DNA from: Reclinomonas americana ATCC 50394 | Lineage: Eukaryota | NCBI GenBank assembly: GCA_048213135.1 | Contig: PS015122.1 | Span: forward strand, 220,981-280,559 | Length of the DNA stretch: 59,579 bases | Reading direction: 5' to 3' | Program-made: the position numbers and the translations under genes | Part shown: one piece after another, positions 26,371 to 37,100 of the stretch | How the letters are laid out: each line of letters opens with the position of its first letter | Position numbering within the stretch: the stretch's first letter is position 1 | The notes under the pieces: generated by a model | What the model saw: the letters and a program-made list of their open reading frames with translations, nothing else | Database searches by the model: none | What the model was told of the DNA's origin: nothing

Positions 26371-26940
26371 GGTGGACGGAGGGCAGCGCGGGCACTCCCG
26401 CAGTCAACAACAACAACAACAAGGAAAATCCACCATTTCATGCAACAAACTGACTGTGTGATTGTGTGCTTAGATGTCCAAGGGGAGCTCGAGTGGCGAG
26501 GCACTGGCGTTTGCGCAAAAGTACACTGCAGGTGTGTGTCTGTGTGTGTGTGCTGCTGTGAAAAGAAGACGAGTTGAGCGCGAAAAGATCTATGAAATGC
26601 ATCACAGATGAGATGAAGTGAGCGTGTGAGTGAGTGAGTGTGTGAGCGTGTGTGTGTATGTGAAAGAGAGAGACGCCCTCATGCACAGAAGTTCAAGATT
26701 GTTGTGTTCTGTTTCATTTGGCATTCAATTCTTGCCTGTATGTGTTGTTGTTTCGGACCGATTGTGGTGTTGGGTGGCGACGAGAGAGAGCATTGCGCAG
26801 TGTGTCTGTCTGCGTGTGAGTGTGCGAGCGAGAAGTCTCACTGGCGAGAGACCAATGTGAGAGAAAGGAGAGTCTTGCTTGCGCCTGTGATGCGTGTGGT
26901 GATGGTGGAGAGCACTTGGTGTCACTCGTGTTGACTACAG

Positions 26941-28331
26941 GCCCGGTGTCGGAGTGAGCTTTTTTTTGACCTCGGTTTTGTTTTGATTTTTTGACTGCAG
27001 TCGGACATGCAAAGCTGGTGCATGCCAACCCGCTCTCCAACGGGTTCGTCGTTTTCGCTGCTGTCTCTCGGTGTGCGTGTGTCGACCGACACTCACTCTC
27101 CGTGGATGGTGCGTCGTGCAGCAAGATCAACGACGTGATCGATCTGATTGACCTCGATCGACCAGGAGTGCGTCAGGGCTCCTCTTCTCTCCATCTTTGT
27201 CTTCCTTTCATTCTCGATGTATCGCTCTCCGTTTCTCCCCCACCCTGCTCCCTCCCTTCCCCCTCATCAACGTGCATGCAGGGCTACTCGCCACACCCAG
27301 TGATCCTTGATGTCGGCTGCGGCAAGGCCTCGATTCTCATTCGAGTTGCGCGGGGAGTGTGGTGGCAACACTTGAGCTGCTGACTCACGCGCGATCCTCA
27401 CCAGCTCGGTCAGCGGTTTCCGCACGTGCGCATGATTGGCGTCGACAACAGTCCGTTCATGATGCGCGAGGCTCGAGACTTGGTGACGGCGACCGCCGAC
27501 TCGATTGTCAGGTCGGTGGCAACCTGCCTTGCCTGGTTCTCCACGCACGCGTTGAGCTCACTCCACGCGCAGTGAGAAGCTGGCACTCCGAGAGTCGTCG
27601 TTTGAGGACTTTTTCGCCGAGGTATGCCTTTCCCTTCCCTCCTTTACCCACCTGCGCACAGTGGAGCACACTCACCTTGTCGGCGCACGCATACAGTATC
27701 GAGCACAGCTGGCCTCCAAGGGCGCCACGTCGGTGGACGAGGTGACCGAGACCGATCGATTCGACATGCTTGTGTGTCTGGTGTGTGTGTGTGCGCACCT
27801 CGCCCCCCTTCAGTTTTCCATCTTCCTGACGATCTGGTTCAGGGTTCCACGCATGCCTTTGCGCCAACATTCCCCCTGGCCATTCGCATGATGCGCGACC
27901 TGGTCAAGGAGGGCGGGCTCATCTGGTGTGCACACACGTTCTGGCGCCGCACCCCACCTGCCGAGTTCCTCGAGGCTCTCGGCGTGGACGCCTCGTGGAA
28001 CACAACGCACGCCGGCAACATTGAGGCCGGACAGGATGTGGGCCTCACGCTGCTGTACGCCAACGCTGCCTCGAAAGACGACTGGGATCGCTACGAAGGC
28101 AACCACATGTGGAACTGCGAGCAGTACTGCTTGCAGAATCCGCGCGACCCCGACTGCCCGCGCATTCTGAAGAGAGCACGCTGGTACGTCAAATCACCCT
28201 CTTTTCTCTCGCAGCTATACTCATGAGTCGGGGGGTGGGGCAGGTGGCACAAGTTGCGTTTTGCATACGGCCGTGACACACTCGGCTTTGGATCGTACCT
28301 GTTTCGCGTAGAGGGCGCACAGCCCAAGTAA
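26941..28331 (+). CDS. Class I SAM-dependent methyltransferase, bacterial YjhP-like
   Basis: HANPLS..K; VILDVGCGKA; IGVDNSP; CLGSTHAF; FWRRTPP; SKDDWDRYE; NPRDPD; GRDTLGFGSYLF. 5' exon uncertain. Confidence 0.75.
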
Positions 28332-28409
28332 AAGAAGAAAATGGTTTGCATGCACACCATTCTCTCTCTGCTCTTTCTTTTGTTTTCTTGCGTTTGTTTG
28401 GGTAATGTC

Positions 28410-28561
28410 CCTCAACTCATTGAGACCAACCGTACGGAAATGCTAGCGGAAGGCCTCACCCGAGCGAGGATAATGTTCATCTGCCGTTCGACCACCACAT
28501 AACCACCCGGGAAAATCAGAGGTAACCCGGGCTAAACCCTTGCGAGTTTTACAGCAGTGGC
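28410..28561 (-). ncRNA. Candidate structured small RNA (leftward from shared TATA)
   Basis: Minus-strand hairpins AAACUC-GCAA-GGGUUU (GNRA loop, 28534-28549) and CCUCGC-UCGG-GUGAGG (28454-28469) plus a CCCGGG stem (28506-28531). G-U wobbles form only on the minus strand. Ends are estimates. Confidence 0.3.
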
Positions 28562-28580
28562 ACTGCGGGGATTATTGCGT

Positions 28581-28591
28581 CTATATAAAAG
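28581..28591. promoter_or_regulatory. TATA box readable on both strands (CTATATAAAAG / CTTTTATATAG)
   Basis: Strong TATA in an otherwise GC-rich non-coding block, ~27 nt from structured sequence on each side. Confidence 0.55.
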
Positions 28592-28608
28592 AAAGAACTG
28601 CGTTGGCA

Positions 28609-28692
28609 AGCGGTGTCGAGCCTTCCCACTCGCGTCGCGAGGGCGTCCATTGTGGGTGCCCCTCGAATTTTGGGTAGTTGATCATGAGTTAC
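28609..28692 (+). ncRNA. Candidate Sm-class small RNA (SL-RNA/SmY-like layout)
   Basis: Hairpin 28610-28638, hairpin 28639-28664, single-stranded AATTTTGG at 28666-28673, hairpin 28674-28692. Begins ~27 nt after the TATA. Confidence 0.45.
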
Positions 28693-28791
28693 GGAATGGT
28701 GGCCAAGTCAAGTGAGACCAATGCTTGCAATGCGATGAATCGTGTTTCATTGCAGCAGAGTTGTTTGGTTGNNNNNNNNNNNNNNNNNNNN

Positions 28792-28815
28792 CGCGCGCAC
28801 ACACACACACACACC

Positions 28816-28866
<51 letters not shown>

Positions 28867-29116
28867 TATCTCTCTCTCTTGCTGTTGTCTCTGTGCTCAC
28901 ATTTTGTACTCGGCTGGGATGGTGGCACCCCATTCCAGCAGAAAGTCCTTGAAGAACGACAGCTGTGGCGAGTGCACCATCTGCGGGTGCTTACGGATGA
29001 CCTGAACACGAGGAAGGAAAGGGGGAGTTTATGAGAGACAAGTTAAATCACACAAGAAAAGACGCGCGTGACGAAACATTCAACAGCGTCTTGAGTTGCG
29101 CAAAGTCTTGACTCAT
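28792..29116 (-). CDS. ST13: Hsc70-interacting protein Hip/ST13, N-terminal dimerisation domain; remainder lost in the N gap
   Basis: Spliced MSQDFAQLKTLLN|VIRKHPQMVHSPQLSFFKDFLLEWGATIPA matches the Hip_N pattern LK.F...P..LH.PEL.FFK.YL...GA.IP. Confidence 0.75.
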
Positions 29117-29439
29117 GAGAAGAAGAGAGCGAAAGAGAGAGGCCAGTGAGGACGTTGACGCGCGCGCAAAACACACCAATGTGGACAGTCTTGCTCGCCG
29201 CGGAGAAACTGTCCATTCACATCATCGCGTGCATCACTTGCGGGTGCGTTGCTCCCTCTCTGCCTCCTCTCTGTGTGTGTGTGTGTCAAACGTACTCTCC
29301 TGCATGCGCCTCTCCCTGTGCACGTACGCATGCTGAACGATCTGTTGTTCTGTGAGAGGAGATTGACGGAGATAGTGAGAGTGCATCTTTTGTGCGACTC
29401 TCTCTCACACACGTGTGTGTGCAGATCGTTGCTGTTGTT

Positions 29440-30195
29440 ATGATTGAGCAGGCATTGCGAAGGTGCGTCTGCGCTTGTCTGTGTGTGTGTGTGTGGATTC
29501 TTGTCTCCGGAATTGACGCGATGATGTGTAATGTGCACGCAGGCTGACGGTGGGTGCGATTGCACTGGGCGCGCTGGGCTCGCTGGCGCAGTCGTCGCTC
29601 TACACAGGTGCGCGTGNNNNNNNNNNNNNNNNNNNNCCTCGTTCTTCTCTCTCCTGTCTCCTTTTGCTCACCTTCTCCCTGCACCACAGGCTCAATACAA
29701 CGCCGAAGAGCTGATCACCCGCCGTGAGCAAGTGTCGCGCCAGATTCGCAGCGGTCTGGAGCAGCGTGCACGCGAGTTCCACTTGATTCTCGACGACATT
29801 TCCATCACACATCTGGCATTCGGCAAGGAGTTCACCGATGCCGTCGAGCGCAAGCAAGTCGGTGAGTGAGGTGAAGAAGCAGCTTTCACCCGTGGCTGCT
29901 GCTGACCCATGCTTGTGTGTGTGTGTGTCGCTGCGCAGCCGAGCAGGAGGCCGAGCGCTCCAAGTTTGTGGTGCTGCGCACCGAGCAGGAGAAGCTGGCA
30001 TCGATTATCCGCGCCGAGGGTGACGCACAGGCTGCGCGTTTGATCTCCGAGGCCATGAAGGCTGGTCCGGGTCTGGTGGAGGTGCGCCGCATTGAGGCCG
30101 CTCGTGAGATTGCTGCCACGCTGGCCAAGTCGCGTAATGTGGCATACCTGCCGTCTGGTGGCAACGTGCTCTTCAGCATGGGTGCAGCGGCGTAA
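29440..30195 (+). CDS. PHB1: Prohibitin 1 (middle part in N gap)
   Basis: AQSSLYT...[16 protein letters not shown]...[36 protein letters not shown]...IIRAEGDA...[21 protein letters not shown]. Confidence 0.93.
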
Positions 30196-30840
30196 GCAGG
30201 CGTGGGGAACTGGCTGTCTGGCGACGCTTCCGACCTTGTCGCGTGTGTGATCTTTTGTGACGCGACGAGAGCATGATGTTTCGGGAGTGGTTGTCGACGG
30301 CGTGTGCAGGTGGTGGTGGTGGTTGTGGTGGTTGGTGACCTTGCTTCATTGGTCGCCGCAATAGTTTGCAATGGGGGTGGTGGGGCGTAGTTTGTGTTGT
30401 AAGCAAAAAGAGAATAGAACAAGAAATGTGTGGGACTCTTTCGTGTGTTTGTTTGTGGCACTCCTTAAGGATTTCATTTGTGATGAACGCGAGATATGAT
30501 AAGCGTTGAAACTCAACGCTTCTGCTCACACAGGATGATTTACTCCTCATCTCCCTCCTGACACAGAACCACCTGATAGCCTAGGACATAAGCTACAGAA
30601 TGCACCCACGCACGCCAGAAACACACAAGAAATAACAGAGAAACGAGCCGCACAAGATGACCAGGTCGAACGTCGGTGGCAGACAACATAAACGTTGCCG
30701 CCAAACTTCCCAGCCTTCCCCGACCTCGCGCCGCCGAAACCAGCTCCAAACACGCGCCCGCAGCAAGTACACATGGGATACGGTTCTCCTGGCAACTCTT
30801 GACAAAACAGTGTGTGCGAACTAGTGGGCCAAAGAGGAGT

Positions 30841-31128
30841 TTACTTCTTCGACTGAGTTTGCCGCTCCGCTTGAATTGCCTTCGTCAACTCGCCAGGGCG
30901 TAGAGGAGCAGAAAGCTTGTAGCCGTAAGCCTCCGAGGCAGTTCCGCGCACGCCGCTTCTGGCAGATGTGTTGGAGGATCCAGTGGGCGACGAATCGCTT
31001 GAGGCTTCCATGTTTGTGACAGGGGTTGCCGTCGAGACAGTAGGCGCGGCACTCGGCAGCTTAGGCTGCTTTGCATGGAGTGCTTCCGAGACAGCGAGAT
31101 ACATGGTGGCGAATGAGGGGCTTGCCAT
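30841..31128 (-). CDS. Small hypothetical protein (~95 aa)
   Basis: Uninterrupted ATG-to-stop ORF (MASPSFATMYL...QTQSKK*) flanked by UTR-like low-complexity sequence; no known motif. Confidence 0.35.
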   Translation of the reverse strand: MASPSFATMYLAVSEALHAKQPKLPSAAPTVSTATPVTNMEASSDSSPTGSSNTSARSGVRGTASEAYGYKLSAPLRPGELTKAIQAERQTQSKK

Positions 31129-31363
31129 TGCGTTTGAGTATTGTTGATGAATGCAAATACAATTGCGACGTCGCCTTTTTTGCCTCGCGACGTGGAAGTA
31201 CAACAACATCAACAAACAACAACAATAGTAGGGGCGTGTGTGAGTGTGTGTAGGGAAAAGAGAGAGAGAGATTTCATCATCACTGAGCGGGAGGTGGGTG
31301 AGCAACAACTACAAGAGCCTACTAGGTGAGAGAGAACTGTCTGATTGCGTGCGCAAAGGGTGC

Positions 31364-32290
31364 CTACTGCCAGCCCGTCTTCAGGCTGTCCTCACGGCTG
31401 TCCACATGACGACGTCCCTTGCCAGCAGCCGCCTGCACAATCCATGAGCACACAACTCACCAACACCCCTTGTCCACGAGACGAGAGCGCAAAATACCTC
31501 CTCGCGCTCCCACGGGGCACCAGCAATCGGCTGCGGTCCACCGCGCACCACTCGATCAGGCCTCGCAGCCGCCTACGTACGTGTAGTCAGCATTGCACAC
31601 TCACTCACTCACTCGACAACTGCACGAGCAAGGTGGGCCAGGTTCACCTGAGCAGCCGCGCGGCTGGTGGACTCGGGTGTCTCCAGTGACCCATCGACGG
31701 CCCACGGTGCGGCCGACTTGTGGGCCGGCGTGTGTGACGAGCGGCCAACACGACTATGCACCACCACCAATCAATCACCCGGTGACAGCAATATCACACA
31801 CAGTGTGTGCGCCACTCAACAGTGGCTCTGGCTCCTCAGGCTCATAGCGTGATCGCTGCTGTTGCTGGTACTGCGGCTGCTGCGGTGGCTTGTTGGTGGG
31901 TGACTGATGTGCGGCGTGCGACGACGAGGCAAAGTGCACCGGCGCAGTGCCGTCAGTGGCAAACGGCGCATCCGTCGAGTGCTTGTTCAAGCTGTGCAGA
32001 GGTCGCGGCGGCTTGCTGTCATACGTCTCCCGCTCGTCGTCCAACCAAGGCGCCGCTTGTGCTGCTGCGTGTGTGTGAGAGATCACTGAATCTGTGCGCG
32101 CGCGAAACTCCTTGTCTCGAATTGTGCCTTCTCACGCGTGTGTGTGTGTGTGTCTGTGTGCTGTCTGTGTGTGTGGCACTCACCGCCTCCACGATTGCGA
32201 GTGCCGGCCATGATTCGATGCGCGTGAGTGTGTGTAAAAAAACAAACGGCACCGCCGAGAATATTCATGCTCTCCCGCGCATTGCACGCA
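31364..32290 (-). CDS. Hypothetical low-complexity protein with AP[WF]xxD motifs
   Basis: GT-AG bounded exons containing APWLDDE, APFATDG, APWAVDG and ending GKGRRHVDSREDSLKTGWQ*. Start uncertain. Confidence 0.45.
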
Positions 32291-32313
32291 TCTGTCCCGT
32301 TTGCATTTCGCAC

Positions 32314-33992
32314 ATGAGCACTCGCCGACTTCGCTCAGCGTTGCGTCTTCCTCTCTCACTCTCCTCCTCCCCCCATGCGCGCGTACTGCTTTCACCTCTC
32401 TCTCATCTACAGCGATTCGGTGGTCAGCTCGTCTGTGTCACCACCGGCACTCGTCGACACAATGACTGTTACACCCACGACGACCGCCAAGACGCGCACG
32501 TTCAGTGGGCGACGCAGGAAACGATCACACGAGGAGGCTACTGTCAACCATGGGAGTGGTGATGATGACGACGATGACGATGTTGATGCAATGGCGCCTC
32601 GACGACATGCCGGTGCGCTGTCGTTCTTCCCGTTGACGGCTGCGGTGAGCAAGGCAGCGAGGAGGGAGTCGTCGTCGGCCTCGCCACCACGGAAACGGGC
32701 TGCGCGTCGTGCTGGTGGAATGGGGAGTGTGCTTCATGCGGCTGGTGATGCTGTGCTGGTGGAGCATCAGCACTTGGATGTGGGCCAGAAGCGGTTTGGG
32801 GTGATTACGTGCTCCGTGTGTGGCATGGTATTCACGGCCGGTCATCCGGGTGATGAGGTGGGTTGAGGGGGAGAGGGAGAGGGAGAGGGAGGGAGGGAGG
32901 GAGGGAGGGAGGGAGGGAGGGAGGGAGGGAGGGAGGGAGGGAGGGAGGAGAGAGAGAGAGAGNNNNNNNNNNNNNNNNNNNNNNNNNNNNNNNNNNNNNN
33001 NNNNNNNNNNNNNNNNNNNNNNNNNNNNNNNNNTGCTCGCTTCTGCAACGACTCGGAAAAGGCGCTGCGTCAATGCACCCGCTGGCTCAAGCACGGCGTC
33101 GATGGTGTGGAGCGAATGTCGGCACCGGTGCGAGGTCGGAGTCCAGCGGCGGCAGCGGCGGCGGCGACGACAACGCTGTGGATGGTGCGACATCCCACCA
33201 GTGAGCGACTGTGCTCACGGCTGTTGGCGGTGCGTCGGGTGGTCGACCGTGAACTCGGTTTCGCCTCGGATGCGGCCACCGAGTTGGCCGACTACACGGT
33301 GAGTCTCACGGCCTGCATCGTAGCTGGTGACACGGCTTGTGACTTGTTTTCCCGGCACAAACGCAGGTCTACTTGTGCACGCGCCAGTGCAACATTGTCG
33401 GCTGTCTGTTTGCACACTCGATCACGGATGCCGTGCGCATCTCGCCAGTGGGTGAGACAACTCTTGCTCACTCAGCGAACGAGTTGCGGTTTGCTCTGAC
33501 ACGCCGATGGGCAGGAGGAGGCACATGTGTGGGGGATGCCGAAACTGCCGACGACTGTTGCAGCTTGCAGCTATCGCAAGAGGATCGTCGGCATCTCGAT
33601 TCGGTGGCGAGCACGTTGAAAGTGTGCGTAGCAGAGCAAACGCTCGTCTTTTTTGGTGACTCCCGCCTGAACCTCGACTGTGCAGTTGTCGTCCTGCGCC
33701 CGCCGAATTGATGGGCCGCTCACTTCTCGGTGTGAGTCGTGTGTGGGTTCATCCGAGCTGTCGGAGGCAAGGTGTGGCCGCTGCGCTGCTGGATGTCTCC
33801 AGGCGCACCTTTTGTTATGGAGTGCACCTTGCGGAGCATGACGTGGCGTTCTCGCAGCCGACCACCACTGGCAAGATGCTGGCGATGAGCTACACGGGGC
33901 GCAAGGACTTTCTCGTATATTCCGAGACGGGAGGCTCGCCAACAAGATCGTCATCTGCGCCACCAACACCACCACCACCACCCCCATCATAA
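32314..33992 (+). CDS. ESCO: Eco1/ESCO cohesin acetyltransferase
   Basis: QHLDVGQK.FG..TCSVCGMVF..G...DE (PIP-like box + zinc finger), VVDRELGF, IVGCL, LGVSRVWVHPSCRRQGVAAALLD, VAFSQPTTTGKMLA..Y. Confidence 0.93.
32876..32962. repeat. (GGGA)n/(GA)n microsatellite in an ESCO intron, abutting the N gap
   Basis: Directly visible tandem repeat. Confidence 0.95.
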
Positions 33993-34113
33993 TCGTAATG
34001 TAACAAAGAACAGATTACTATGTTACATTTTTGTTACACGCGCTCTCTATCTGGCGCCGATCCAACCTTTTCTCGCATCGCGCGACTCGTCACCCTGCGG
34101 TGCGTGCAATCCA

Positions 34114-37100
34114 TCAGTCGACAGCAACGACGGTGCGGCTTTCGACAAACGCAACTGCATCGCTCTCCAACTCGAACTCCTCGTCGCACTCCTCGTCATC
34201 GTCACCAGCTTGCACCACGTCATCGTCGCAGTCATCCTGCAATACACACGCGCGTGTCAGACAACGCCACAGCCGTCGTCTCTTACGCACATACCCGTTG
34301 CGGCACAGTCCACCTCCACGTACTCAGCAGCGTCGAATCCGGCTCCGGTGGCACCAGCACCGAGCCACGATTCACCGAGTCCACCAGCGACGCCTCTTCC
34401 AGGTGCCCGCGGATAGCGGCCTGCACAATAAAGCCCACAGTTTGAGAGTGCAGATAAGAGATAGAAAGGAGTGTGAGAGAGAGGCAGAACGTACCTCGAG
34501 TTCCACCGCCACCTGCGCGAACGACGGTCGCCGGTTGTGGCACGTCGACCCGTCCCAGCAGCGTTCAATGATGCGAGCCACGGGCTCCGGACAGGCACAA
34601 ATGTCGGGTCGCGCACCCAGGGCGGCCACCACTGCCGCCATTCACCCAAATCAGACAGCCGCAAGTGCGAGTGCTGTGACATCATCACGCAACTGTACAC
34701 CACTTGAAACTCGTTGGTGGCGGTGTGGAATGGCTCCCGTCGCGACATCATCTCGTTGAGAAGCACACCAAAACTGCGAGACCGATTTTGGTTAATTAAC
34801 TGTCGACAGACACACAGAAGCACATTCCTCTAGTCACCTGTACACGTCTGCACAGGAAGGGGGAGAGAGGATTAGCACCAGACGTAAAAAGTACCGACAA
34901 GATATCGAGTGTTACAAACCTGCTTTCTCATCGTATTTCTCTCGTCGCATGACCTCCGGAGCCTGAAACCGTGGTCAGCAAAGAAGTGAAAGCAACGAAA
35001 GTCAACTCCAGACGCACCATGTACCCAATCGTTCCGCCTGGCGAGTGCGTGCACGTGAGGGAGGAGATGAGCTACAACGTGAAACCAACAATCGAGGCAC
35101 AAGCGAGTGCGCACCCACGCATTCACAGCTGCTGTCGACTCGCGACCTGCTTGCACACAGTGAGTCTTGCTGTGATCGATCCTCTTCGTGTACACTCCAC
35201 TCACCGCTGGAAGTCCATCAGGCGACTCAACCCAAAATCGGCAATCTTGACACACAGTCGACTGCCATTCTTGAACCACAAAATGTTGGCCGGCTTTAAA
35301 TCGTGATGCGCAATGTGAACACGGTGAAGGAAGGCCTGCATGACAAGAAACACACTCATGAGAGACAGCGACGATAATACAAGGACACCGTGGTGTGCGT
35401 GTGTGCGTGTGTCGCGGCACCATGGTTCTCGCGATCTGCAGGCACAGGTCCAGCCTGGTTCCACCACACAAAGTGAGGGAGAAGACACAATGCAAAGCGA
35501 CGCCACTCATGCTTATCGCGTACCGAATCCGCAGCGAGGCAGCACCACCCTCTGCACCGTACAACCAAGATTTCAAGTCACCTCCATCTATAAACTCGGT
35601 CACAATCAACCGATGCGGTCCGCGCACTCGAGTGACAGCTCCCAGCAGATTGACAACACCGGGGTGCCGTCTGCGCGTCAAAGCCGAGGTCAACAGGGAC
35701 ATACCCCACAACAAATAACACGAAAAACAACGCAACGCTCGACTGAGAGCACGCAGTTCGCGGAGCAATGGACCCTCGGCGCGCTGCAATTTCGCCGCCG
35801 AGTCCGACGGCGACCAATCCAACACAACCTCCTTGATGGCGACCACTTGGCCCAGCAAACGCCCTTCGTACACGACGCCATACGAACCGCGTCCAAGCTC
35901 TCGTCCTTTTCGTAACGTCGCTGGATCCAATTCCAAGAACTCAAACTGGCGGCTGATGTGAGCACAACACCATGGGCTAGATGGCAGTGAGCACAGGAGA
36001 TCACTCAACTTCACGAGACACGGTGGCATTGCTCTCTCTCAGTGCTCGCTCCTGCAGCGCTTCCAGACGTGCCAAACTCGCGTCGTAAACCACCTGCTGC
36101 TTGTGCGCGCAGCTGTCAGGCGACTGGACATGCGTGAACGATCATGAACGGAGAGATGCACAGACCTGCGTTACTGCCTCCCCCGCCGCCTCCTCCTCCT
36201 CAATCAAAACGTCATCCTGTGTGTTGTGCGCAAGGCATGAGTAGGGCGGAGAGAGAAGACTCGCTCTGGCGACAATAGACGCACATCAACAGCTGACTCG
36301 GCAGAGACCGACAGCGGTGACAGCTTCGGAGCCAGCGGGGAGTTGCGAGCGCCGGGCGACGACGACGGTCCACCAGAGGACGACGACGTAGGCACACCTG
36401 CATCACCAAAACAACACAGTGAGCAAAGGGAGCGTTGATGAGGAAGATGCAGATCGAGAGAGGGAACGCAACGGGAGAGAGCACCGGGTGTGCCGATCTT
36501 GATGAGTGGCGTGACGGAGCGTTCGCCACCATCGTCACCAATCGGCGCGCGATGTGCATCCCGCTGTGGAGTGCGTACAGGTGCCCTAGGTAAACAAGAA
36601 CAAGGCCACGAGTGAATCGAACGTACTCGCACGCATGGACAAGCAGGAGATCACGAAAAACCTGTTGATGGAGACAGGCGGAGTGATCGAGTCGAGATCG
36701 TGCGCCGGGTTGGCCAGAAGATGGACTCCGGCACCGGCTGACAGCCGTTGCATGCGTACTCCGCTGGCTGGCGACTGCAGCGCCTCCTCATGCGCTGGCA
36801 AGTCAATGTCCTCCTCCACGCTGGGAGTCGCACTGAGGCCGCCGCTGTCACCCGTAGGCACCAACAGCGTGTCGTCAGGCAGCAGAACAGCGCGGTGTTC
36901 GTCTTCTTCAATGTCTTCAGAATCCAGCGCGCTGTGTGTGCGTGTGGCGCTCGTCAGTCAGTCAACGAGGATGAATCTAGTGGGGAGATGCGTGCCTTTC
37001 AGTCGACACGGAAGTGCCAGCGCTCTCTGTCTTGTACTGATACGCGGCCTCGGGAGGACCCAAATAGCCTGCATGGCGTGTGCGCAAGTTAAGCACAGAT

